Below, one piece after another: positions 52,782-64,000 of a stretch of DNA of 64,000 bases. Every line of letters starts with the position of its first letter. The stretch's first letter is position 1. Position numbers and translations under genes: made by a program. The notes under the pieces were generated by a model. It made no database searches, was not told where the DNA came from, and worked only from the letters and a program-made list of their open reading frames with translations. The stretch comes from Adineta vaga (Eukaryota; Animalia; Rotifera), in the NCBI GenBank assembly GCA_021613535.1, contig CP075495.1:6200001-6264000 (forward strand), written 5' to 3'.

Positions 52782-54817
52782 TTACAACTTCGATGATATT
52801 CGTTGAATATGTCGTTCAATTTCTATCACATCTCGATGTGTAGACGAAAGTGTTTGTCGATAGATAACAGCTGTTTTCTCATAGAAGGAATATGCTTTAT
52901 CGAATTCACTTTTTTGTTCATAGATTAAACCAAGTCCACAATAAGTTACAGCTATTTCTAGATCTAATGGTGAAAGTGTTTTCTCTAAATTTTCAAGTGC
53001 TTTTTCATAATGTTTCAAAGCAAGATCATATTGATTAAGACATGAATAAATAATCGCAACATTATTATAAGCTATACCAAGATCGGGATGATCGACAGAT
53101 GTATGTTTCTGATGAATTTCTAAAGATTTTTTATAACAATCAAGTGCATTGATAAAATCCTCTTGTTTTTGATAGATTCCTCCAAGATTTGTATAACAAT
53201 TCGATACACGTACATGATTTTCTTCGTAAACTTGCATAGTTACATTTAAAGCTCGTAGATAGGCTGCTAATGCTTGTTTATAATCTGATTTATTCGAATA
53301 AATTTCACCAATTTGATTATAACTATCAGCTAAACTGATATTATCTTCGGATAAAATTTTCAATTTAATTTCTAACGATTTTTTATGCCAATCTAAACTT
53401 ATATCATACATTTTTTTCTCTCGAGCAATTGAACCTAAAGCAAAATAACAATCCGCAATATCATGTAGATCATTTGAATGTTCATTTAAAAGTCGAATAA
53501 AGAACTTTTCAGCATCATTGAATTGATTTAATTTTCTCAAAAGATTTCCAAAGGCAATCAGATTTACTTTGTCATTGATTTTGTAAGGTTTAAAATATTC
53601 TTTGAATTGTATACTATCATCATCTGCACATGACATTAATTGTATAATCCATATGCCATCAGTTTGTTGATAAAGATTATTTAAACGAAAAATAGATCCA
53701 ATTGTAAACAGAACTTCTTCTGTCTGTCGAAAATAAGTATTAGATTCAATAAAACAAAATTGTTTAGTTGAAGTATGAGATGGATCAGCTTCAATTTCAA
53801 ATATAACACGTTCTAATTCATTTGATGTAGAAGATTGATCAAGAAATAATAAAGCTAATTCACGACAAATGCTTGTAGAAAAAAATGTATTAATAGAAAT
53901 GAAATGATGAATTGAATTCTTCAATTGCACAAGTTCTTCTCGTGTTAATAATTGACTTCGATAAACACGAACTGATGATGTACATTTCTTACTTTCAATT
54001 GCTTGATGAACATCATCGATGAAAAATCGAAAGAGAAATAAGTTATCAAAATTTTGACTACGAATAGTTGTATTTAAGAGTCTATATATACAAGAATCTT
54101 TCATATACCAATCGAGAGCTTTCTCCGATGTATAATTTTCTTCGAAATCTTGAATAAGTTTTAATTCAAAATCAGTATCATGATATTTTTCTTTTAGTAG
54201 AAGAATTAATTTGTTTTGTTCAATTTTAGTCTCTGGTAATTGAAGGAGAATATCAATTAATAATTGAGAAGAAATAAAATGAGATTGTTGTTGAGATAAA
54301 ACAAATGGTAAGATTTCATTGACTTCATTTTGATTTCGTTTCGAACGTTCTGATCGAATTTTTTGAATTAATTCATCAAATTTTGTAACTATATCTTTAA
54401 TCTAAAATCAAATTGAAAAGAAACATGTTGTCAATTGATGCGTTTTCTTCTTACTTTTTTATATGGTTTAGACCATTGTTCATTTATCGATTTATCTGAA
54501 CAATAGATATAAATTGAAGAAACTTGTCGTAATTCATGAATACGTGAAGTTAAACTTCGACCTAATCGACCGCTAACAATGATAATAAGTCGTTCATTGT
54601 TTGAAATTGATTGAATGTATTCTACACAATTATCAATATTATCGAATGTTTTTAAATGATCTATACAAGATCGAAGTAGTTTCTGTACATTGATATTTTC
54701 TTGAGATATATTTACTAAACTATCAAGCCAAATAAGTGAACATGGATCAGATTCTTCATTATCTCGTCCGACAGATTTATTTGTTAAACCTATTAATCGA
54801 TGATACTTTTTTAACAT
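52782..54817 (-). CDS. Receiver-like + ART-fold + TPR protein (ART-TPR gene 3); exons 54817-54455 and 54401-52782
   Basis: Intron 54402-54454 (gtaaga...ttttag) joins the LIWLD...IIVSGRLG domain in frame to WYMKD, VYRSQ, FFSTS, QTEEVLF and a TPR array; tandem paralog of gene 2. Confidence 0.9.
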
Positions 54818-55872
54818 ATGTAAGTTTTGCTTTTAAATAAGGTAATGACCAATCAATACAGAAAAACCAGAATGACAAAGTCAGTCATGTGTATGTATCT
54901 TGAATTATTGCGCTTTTACATATGCATTGATTTACTCGTTTTATGACTAAAGTAATCAGTTCTCATAGGTAAAATTATGTTGACAGTAGTCGATCAAACG
55001 TATCGAAATGATAAAAATATGCATCTGAATATATGTGTAACTGAAAGTATAATATCGAATCATCGATGAAACTTTGTATTATATCATAATGAAAGCTTCT
55101 TTCTCCCACGTTTGAATTTAAATGATAATTGTTTAGTGGAGATGCATTAATGAATATTACAATTAACTAATTTCATTTCATTTATGTGACAAGTTTTGAA
55201 AAGTGTCTAAGAGACTAACAAACGCTTTTAGCGTGTCTTTTATTCTTCATTTTTCCTCGCCATATAATTAAAACTAGGAAAAAATTGAATTGCTTTTTCT
55301 TTGTTAAATATTCATTTGCACCTCTTCTTGGTTCTGAAGTAGTTATTCAATTTATGTTTCATACTTAGCTTATCTATATTGAATATTAAGTATCGATAGA
55401 AAAGATAATATAAGTGATGTATATTTTCATTTTATTCAATAAAATAAGTAGACTGTAAAATCAGAAATCGTCCACGCTAAAGAAAATATACTGTCCATTT
55501 TTTTTCTTTATAAGAAAGGAAAATAATTAGATTGTCTTGTTTAATTTATTCGTAAATAAACTCAATGAAGATTCGTCATACTAAACTAGTAAAAAAGAGC
55601 ATCGAATTTCATATCATGTTATTCCTCGAATAGAACGCAATATAACAAGATCATGTTATTTCTGATCAGCGAAGTTAACACTCTAGAATCAAATTTGATA
55701 CTTTTACAATTAGCAAGAAAGTTGCGAACATTGTTATTGTGTGAACAAGTACCTATCTTAATATAGTCAGTCATACTTCTTCGTAATCGTTCTTATTTTT
55801 CATTCAAAAGAAGTTCTTCAACAGATCATTTGTGTAAGAGACGAATAAATAATACATTGTGCACTTATAGAT

Positions 55873-56685
55873 ATGAGCATATTATTATTATTATTATTAT
55901 TATTTCTACTAATTATTTCGTCAATAGTTTGTATACGCTTGGATTGTTATAATAATGCTAGTCTTATTTTTCTACCAACTGCAATGCTCTATAATAACTT
56001 AACATTATTATCTTGTCAATGCTTATTAATTCAACAACAGAAATCAACTTTTCAATACAATAGTATCGAACAAACTTGTTATCTATTTGATTATAGTTTA
56101 TCAGTGACGAATCTTCAAATAACTAGAAATTCTAGAGTATGCTATTATAATCAAACAACAACAACATCAGTAAGTCATGATTATTCTTTGTATTATTCGA
56201 ACGTATCAATAACTTTCTTAATCCGTTCGAATTTTCTTGCAATCAATTTTAACATAATCTATTCTGAAATATATACTTTCTAGGTATATTCAGAAACGAC
56301 GACAAGTCTTACAATACTACCATATCCACCTATTACTGTATCAACAAGTGTGACAGGCAATAATTATTATACGGTAGAAAAAATTCTTCTTAAAAATACA
56401 GTCGTATTGACATCTCTTATAATTACTATCAGTGTTCCAAAAAACTTAGGTCTCAGTAGTCCACAATTCTATGGAAATTATTGGCCTGAAAATATGAATA
56501 GTACTTTAACATCGACGAATGATTATATTATCGCTATATTTTATTTAATGAATGGACGAACAATGCAATCACAAACATGGGACTTTAATGTTCAATTTAG
56601 TTTATCTGGTTTATCTAGATCGACAAGTAATGATACCTATTTCATACAAATTGAATCATTTCAATCAATCAATGGACATTTTTAA
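55873..56685 (+). CDS. Small secreted protein: signal peptide, Cys-containing Apple/PAN-like domain, Thr-rich linker, C-terminal beta-rich domain; intron about 56170-56283
   Basis: Hydrophobic leader MSILLLLLLLFLLIISSIVC; CQC...FQYNSIEQTCYLF pattern; donor gtaagt at 56170 and acceptor ttctag at 56283 in frame with ORF 56350-56685. Confidence 0.7.
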
Positions 56686-57007
56686 TTTTTATTCATTAAT
56701 ATAACTATTCTAATAAATTGTAAATTCTATTTTAATATGCGTAATTACAATTACGTAGAGAAATATTTATAAAAATCTGAGCGTTCACTTTTTTTCGTAG
56801 AATTTAATAACAAGTTTGTTTCAACAAAGAACTTCATTCATATTACAACTATTTCTGATACTATTTTTTCTTGTATATTCTATTTTTTTTCTACAGAAAA
56901 AAAAGAAAGGATAATAATACATCACGCGTAGACATAAATAAGTGTTTTTTTATTAAAGACAAATAGAAAAGAAAAACACAGGTAGATATGTTCGATTGCA
57001 CGAGATC

Positions 57008-58044
57008 TTAACCACGAGAGAGAAACTCTCGATAAGCAATAATGATATACATGGCAGCACAAAGAATGATAAATACATCGTCAAATAATCCAAGAAAACC
57101 GAAAATATTCTCGGGAAAAATGTCTAATGGTGAGAGAACGTATGCAATAACTGTAAAAAAGATGAATATTGTTCTTATACGATAAGCCCACGTAAGACTT
57201 TGAAAGCTAAAGATTTGTCGAATAATATGAGGAATTAACACAGGTATATCAGCGATGTATTCACGAAACTATGCAATAGAAAAATCAATGAATATAGTGG
57301 GAGGAAAAAGATTGAAAGAAAAAAATCTTACCGATCGTGGAGCACCGGAAAATCGTCGATTAAAATCTTTCACATCATTTGTTACTGTGTGTCGATCACC
57401 ATTATCAACTGCTGCTTCTTCATCTGCAGTGAAACATGTCAAAAGAACGGTTACCTTAAAAAAGAATATTATTCGTTAGCATCTATGTCCTCATTCAAAA
57501 ATTCGAACATACTGCTTGTCGACATACTGGACAATTCATTCCATTCATCCAATTGGATTGATATTTCCAGAACGTAATGATACATTTACCTACAACAATA
57601 GAATAGACAACATCAGTAAAAACGAAGAGATATACAAACCACAAAATAAATGTCCACAGTTTGTTTCGACACTTAAGACGGACGAATCATTGAGACAAAT
57701 TGGACATGTATCATGTCGAGGACGACCAGTGTGAGTGGAAGGTATTTCATTAGTTGTATTTGTTTGGGTATTTTGTTGAGCACGCTCACGTAAAAATTCA
57801 ACATCTTGTCGATTATCTGGATGAATATTTGTATTTCGTTCACGACTAGAAGGGAAGAAGATTTTGATTTTATTTAGAAATAAATTGCCTACTTTGAATA
57901 ATAAGCCAAAAGACCAATTAGACTTAAAGTAAATATGAATAGAAGTATTGCATCATCACTAATACCTTCAATGAAAGTCGGATTGTCAATAGAATATGTT
58001 TCCATCGATTGATTATTTTTTGAAAATGGCCAATACCACGGCAT
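57008..58044 (-). CDS. RNF170: E3 ubiquitin ligase RNF170 (TM, C3HC4 RING, C-terminal DUF1232/YkvA-type membrane region), 4-5 exons
   Basis: Reverse strand reads IHPDN, CPICLN..ETNCGHLFCGKCIITFW..CPVCRQ, FNRRFSGAPRS, YVLSPLDIFPENIFGFLGLFDD. Confidence 0.9.
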
Positions 58045-58576
58045 ATTTCTAAAAGTAGAATAGAGACATGCGACAACTCATACTTTCATTCGTTCTTTAC
58101 AAAGTACTCTATTGGATATCTCGATCTCGGAAATTATCCTTCACGCTTTATAATGATTCATTCTCTTCACGTTATACGAATGAGTCATTTTGATTATTTA
58201 GAAATTCATTTGAAAATTTTTCTTTTCTAAATCAAACATATTGTTTGGAAGGAAAGTCCATCTAAAATATATATGTATTTAAATAAAGAAATCAATCGTT
58301 CTAATTGTAAATCTTGAACAAAGAGATGCAAATCATATGTTAAATTTTTTTTATATATTCTTTTTTTATATAAAGCCACAAACGTTAACTAAACTGTATT
58401 GCTCTCGTTGGTTATTTGTTATTGTTGGTTTTTTTTTCAGTTTAAAGGAGGACGAAATATAGTAATAATAATAATAACAACAACGAGGCAAGAGAAACTG
58501 TTTTCTTCGTCTACAGGGAAAATACGGATAGTACAAGAAAAAAATGAAAAAAAAGAAACTAATGTCATTGTATGAT

Positions 58577-59761
58577 TTAATGATCTTTTGGTTTAGGTCT
58601 GTAGAAAGCAATCTTGCGTGATTTCAATGATGCCCATTTAACACGTTTCCAATGATAAGATAGAACAATCAAAGGAGCAAATATAAGAATGGCTTTAATA
58701 GCTAATTTTTTACGATCATCATGGTCACGTTCAGCACTCCATTTAAGAAATTCCGTAATATCTTTTGCTAATTGAGATTCAGTGGCTTTCGTTCCATCTG
58801 AATATTCAATTTGATCATCATACAATTGTTTAGCCATAGCAATCCAACCACCACTAAAATATGGATTGTAATGAAGACCTGGTTCACCTTTGACACCAGC
58901 TGGTTGATCTTGATAACCAGTCAGTAAATTAAAGACATAATTACAACCATCTTCACGACCTAAATAAAAACAAATACTTCAAAGTTAATACGTTGTTAAC
59001 TACAGATATGCTCTAAACAATTTCAATAAATTGACAATGAAAATGAAAATACTATTTATTCGACTCTTATCTCTTATGTTAAAAATAATCCTATCATTTT
59101 AATTTAAATACAAGATTACTTCTATAGAGTTCAATGTTTAATACATACCAAGTGTGATAAGTGAAAGATCAGGCGGTAAAGCTCCGCCATTTCCTGCTTT
59201 GGCAGCCTAGAAAACATAAGAAAAAAAGCTCCTTGTTTTTTTTATTTTTACAACATAACCAAAGATATTAACCTTATCATTTGGATAGGGTGATGGCATG
59301 TAATCTGTAAGTTTACCAGGTCGTTGAAACATATTACCTTGATCATCTGGACCATCGGTAATTTGATCTTGAGCGGCAATTGTTTTAACTTCAGCTTCTG
59401 TATGTGTTACACCAACCAAATGACGATAAGCAAGAAATTTCATAGAATGACATGCAGCACAAACTTGTTTATAAACTTCGAAACCACGACGTACAGATGC
59501 ATGATCCAATGAATCAAATGGACCACTGAATGACCATGGTAAAGGTACTAAATGTGCTTTGTTACCCGATGCATGAACAGCTTGCGAATGAGCCCAAGCA
59601 TAACCTAAAGTGCCAGCTGTTAATAAACCACCACCTAATTGATATGCAAGACGTTTCCATCGAGTTGATGTTTGAGTGGACGACGAAGATGAATTACGAA
59701 TAATATAAACTAATATTTGATGATTTTGCCGACTTGTTCGACATAAAATTGTTGATGTCAT
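58577..59761 (-). CDS. CYC1: Cytochrome c1, mitochondrial complex III heme protein; 3 coding exons
   Basis: LDHASVRRGFEVYKQVCAACHS heme motif, GALPPDLSLI, YNPYFSGGWIAM, C-terminal TM helix and KWASLKSRK. Confidence 0.97.
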
Positions 59762-60342
59762 TTTTTGTCTGTTTTATTTAATTCCACTCCGATAATATCT
59801 ATCACATGGAAAGACAAAATCTAGAAAAACAATCCAAAAAGATCTTAGTAAAGAGAGAAAAAAAAACTAGAAAAAACGAATATGTTTACGATTTACGACG
59901 ATAGCTAGGATCTTCCATCGATTGATATTAATAAACTCCTAACGAATCGATTTCATGTCGCTTTTTTAAACTTATCATTTATATAGAAGATTTTTTTGAA
60001 TTAATTGAAATAAATTAATGAAAATAAAATGAAGATTAAAAATATAAAGAATAAACATAGATGTCACTATAGTTATACTATTGATTGATTTAAAAGCCTA
60101 AACCAATAGAGTTCATGTTGTTGTCTTCGTTTCCTCTTCTCTTATTATATCTTCATTCATTCATTCAAATATAAACAGACCGATGAGAACTGTTCGAATT
60201 CTGTGAAGAAAAAATAAATAAACAGAGAAAAGTAATAATTTGAAATAGAAATAATGATTGATGTAATTCTTTGTATAAATTTCGTTATTATTCATTTGAA
60301 AATTAGATCTTTCTTGACACGAGATTATTTTTTGTAGAAGAA

Positions 60343-63300
60343 ATGGTGATTGGCGTGAATAATATTCTCGATTGTCTCGAGTTGAATACGTCTTTAAATA
60401 AACATGATATTGAAGAATTGATTCGTCATCAACATCAAACAGATTCATCGAATCAACTTGCTCATCTATTAATTGATGTTGATACAGCATTAGAACGTCT
60501 CTATGGTGGTTTTTATCCCGATTGGTTAGCGGGTGGTGAATGGTCACATTTATATTCTTATCTATTATCATTATTAAAAACTTGTCAAGAATTATCTTTA
60601 TGTCTGATATTTTGTTTCGATGGGACAATATATCGATATGGTCAATCTCAATGGTATTATGAACAAATTCAACAGCGCAAAAAAGTCAATCAAATATTTA
60701 AACATTTAAAACAGAATAAATCAGGTTTACCTCGTCGACATTTATGGTTTCCACCACCTTCTTTTCAATTATGTTTGAGAACAATTCTACGTGAATTAAA
60801 TTCTCCGCATTTACTTATGTTTCAAACATGGGGTTATGGACAATGTCAACATCAAGAGCAAGTAAAAATTTATTCTCAACAATATCATCAAAGTTTAATT
60901 GGTATTGTTTCATCTGATATTGAATTTTTATTTCCAAGAAAATTTTCTGAACAAACTACTTTATTAAAATATTTTTCTTCAAAACATTTTAAATTATCAT
61001 TGAAAGGAAGATTAACATTAGTAGAAGTAAAATTAAATCAATTCAAAGAAAAATTTTCTTTAAATAATCAACAATTTGCTCTTCTTCTAACATTATTAGG
61101 TAACTCAGATGATTTATCCTTATAATTATTAGCAAAAATGATTCTATTTTTTCGTTTTTCAAGGTAATCATATGTTATCTGATAGTGATTTAATTTATTT
61201 TCATAATTATTTAATTCATGATCAAGATTTAACAACATCTTCCACAAAACGTATTTCACTTGTAAGTTCTATTTGAAAGATACTTCATTTGAAATCTTGC
61301 ATATTTTGTAGAAAACGAATGGAACTATTTCACCAACGATTGATGATACATCTATGTCAGAAAGTAAAACAGATATATGTTCTCCTGATAAAAATCTTCA
61401 AGATACAAATGAAGATCAGCATGAAACATCTCCGATTCATGTTTCTAATCAATCACGTTCTAATGGAACAACTAATTCAATCAATTCTACAGTTGATCAA
61501 CTTATTCCACGTCTTGTTGATTATATAAAAAAGCAAATTCTTCAGAATAATATTGATTTCAATTCAATTGCAAATCAAATTTTTAAGTAAAAATCTTTTT
61601 TGTAAATCTTTTAATACTTGATTTATAAATTAGACATTTAATTGATGATGAAATACGTAAAATCAAAACACAATCATTGATAGATTCTTATGAGTATTAT
61701 TTAAATGCAATGATCGAGAATGAATCTGTGACAGATACTTCGACAACGTCTTTCTCTTCGAAATTTTCTTCTAGTCAAGGTAAGATATTTCAAAATTAAA
61801 CGAAGAATAATACTAATCTTTAGTTTCATATTTATTCCAGTGTCAGGGAATCAGTCAGATGAAAATATTATATTCAAACAATGTTCTAATGTGAATATCG
61901 AAGTAGTACGTACAGCATTTAATCTCCATAAACAAGGTTTAATGATGCCATGGATATTTCAATGTCTTTACAAAGTATAAATTCTTTTGATGAATTGAGT
62001 GATTGATTGAATTAAAATACATTTCAATCTTCTAGCATGAAATTATATTTCCAGTGACAATTGAACCTGAAATGTGCAATACAATTCCAAATATTTGTGA
62101 ATTTTATCGTCCTATACGTAAATATATTTATTCGATTTTATTTGATAATGATACGATTATACGCGAACAAGTTTATAATAGCGAACATGGATCTTATTTA
62201 ACTGAAGTATTATGTGAACAATTATCATTAAAACATACGATTGAACAACTTTGGTTTGGTACAAGTCCGGATGAAGATCGACAAATACGAATGAAAACAT
62301 TTTTACAATCATTATCTTATTGTGATTTACCAAAGATTTATTCCATTGCTCATGATTATCTTCTTTTTACTTGTATATTACGTTATATCTATATGGAATT
62401 CTTTCGTTATTCATCAACATCAGCTATTTTACATACGTATGAACTGATTGCATTTATTTCTCAAGCTGTTCTTATTACAGAATTACAACCAAAACCATTA
62501 ATGAATTTACAATCAACAAATTTTTTAAATCAATATGATCATATACAAATCACAAATTATGAAACTCGACCAATTCAATTAGCACATCTATTTATGCGAG
62601 GTTTAGAAACAGTTCTCTTTGCAAATGAAGTATGTGGTGCACCAATTCATCCGAAATATTCTTGTCCATCACATTTTTTCAATGGAAAATTATTTCATCA
62701 AAAATATGTACAAGCACAATATTATCAACAAAATCAAGATTTAGTAATGATATTATGTGATGGAAATGTGAGGGAAAGAGCTTGTTTACATTTTTGAATT
62801 GTATTAAAAACAATACTTATCGTCGTCTTTTTTTAGGCACATTGTGCTCAAATTGTCTCATATTTACTCGATATCGTACTCGATCGAGCACCGGATGATA
62901 CTATTCATCATACTCCCATGCAACAGCAACAGTATCAGCATCCTATAGTTCCACAACAACATCAACAGCAACGGGTTACAAAAAATCAAACTCGACAAAC
63001 TCTTCTAGCAAATTCAATACGTCCGCCTATGCGTACGAATGTTAAACAGTTGATAACAAATAATGGTTATAATCAACAACAAACACCTGTTACAAATTAT
63101 CGTTCACAACAGCAACAACAACAACAACCACCACCACTACCGGTGAAACAAGCTGGTCAAATGAGAAATGGCGGAATAAAAAAAATTAATAACGGTAATT
63201 TATACTTCTTTTTCTCAAAACTACTTTTGAAATTAAATGAATCGTTTTATAATCTCTATTTTAGCTACACCATTCAATACAAAAACTCATCAACAATCAA

Positions 63301-64000
63301 GAAAATTTCATCCTCGTACACCAACAAATATGAACTTTGTTAATCAATCACAGCAAAATTCATTCCCTGTTGAGCAATGGACTACTTCTACACCATCTGC
63401 AATGCCTTCTAATCATTTACCCATGCAAACTCAACATCATCAATCTCATGCAATCAACAATATACCATCCATGCCTCTTCAACATCAACAATCACTCAAT
63501 AATAAGTAAGAAATGATCTTTACATATATTTCATCTCATCGATTCTGGTGTAGAATAACTAATACATTTGATAATTTAGTTATATTAATCCTCTTGATGA
63601 ACAATTTGTGCATCTTCAAATTCATCCATCAACTATTATGACGACACCAACACCAATGCCATATCCTCATCCAACTGCAATGCTCAATCCTCATATACCA
63701 ATGACTCCATACAATCATCTTCAACATCAACCTGTATATACTATTCCTAATGGACCATTATTCTATCAATCATCACCTTCAACAGCACTTACTTCATTTC
63801 AACCACCTCTAACAACACCTTACCATCCTCCTCCACCTCCTCCTCCTCATCCAATGTTACCCGGTCATCCACCACATGCACCAGTGGCCTCCCAACGAAC
63901 AGTTAATTTTACTACAATAGTTCCAACGAATAATAATATAAATAATTATTCCCAACAATCTCAACGTCTTTCTCCAACATCAATTCAAAGTCAAGAAATG
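60343..64000 (+). CDS. FAM120A: FAM120-family (PIN-like) protein with Q/P-rich tail, 3'-partial
   Basis: LLIDVDTALERLYGGFYPDWLAGGEW, FCFDG, LWFPPP, FALLLTLLGNH, YRPIRKYIYSILF, IQLAHLFMRG..ANEVCGAP..FFNGKLFHQK are FAM120A/C hallmarks; continues beyond the window. Paralog assignment is not resolved. Confidence 0.88.

Noticed and set aside
50412-54104. Calling the TPR genes kinesin light chain or nephrocystin-3
   Set aside because: Similarity is limited to the TPR type; an ART fold replaces the KLC coiled coil or NPHP3 NTPase region.

Overview
AT-rich, gene-dense eukaryotic (animal) DNA with very short GT-AG introns, mostly 50-65 nt. The intron sizes, the three receiver-like/ADP-ribosyltransferase/TPR genes and several apparently non-metazoan genes suggest a bdelloid rotifer; this is an inference, not verified. 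Positions 1-21550 are the 3' part of a giant S/T/E/P-rich protein gene (about 7,000 codons in the window, exons of 4.8, 7.4 and 7.2 kb) built from several short-motif repeat families. It carries six frame breaks that are most simply explained as homopolymer-deletion assembly errors. The rest, in order: HSPA12-like, a UBA-like orphan, an intronless SDR, a decayed cupin pseudogene, ART-TPR gene 1, CFAP69 with an upstream X-box, an orphan with an apparently P-loop-less kinesin-like C-terminal domain, a G/P/Q/Y-rich vWA protein, gamma-glutamyltranspeptidase, two tandem ART-TPR genes, a small secreted two-domain protein, RNF170, cytochrome c1 and a 3'-truncated FAM120-like gene. No rRNA, tRNA, CRISPR array or intact transposon was recognised. 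All family assignments come from motif recognition by eye and need HMM/structure searches.
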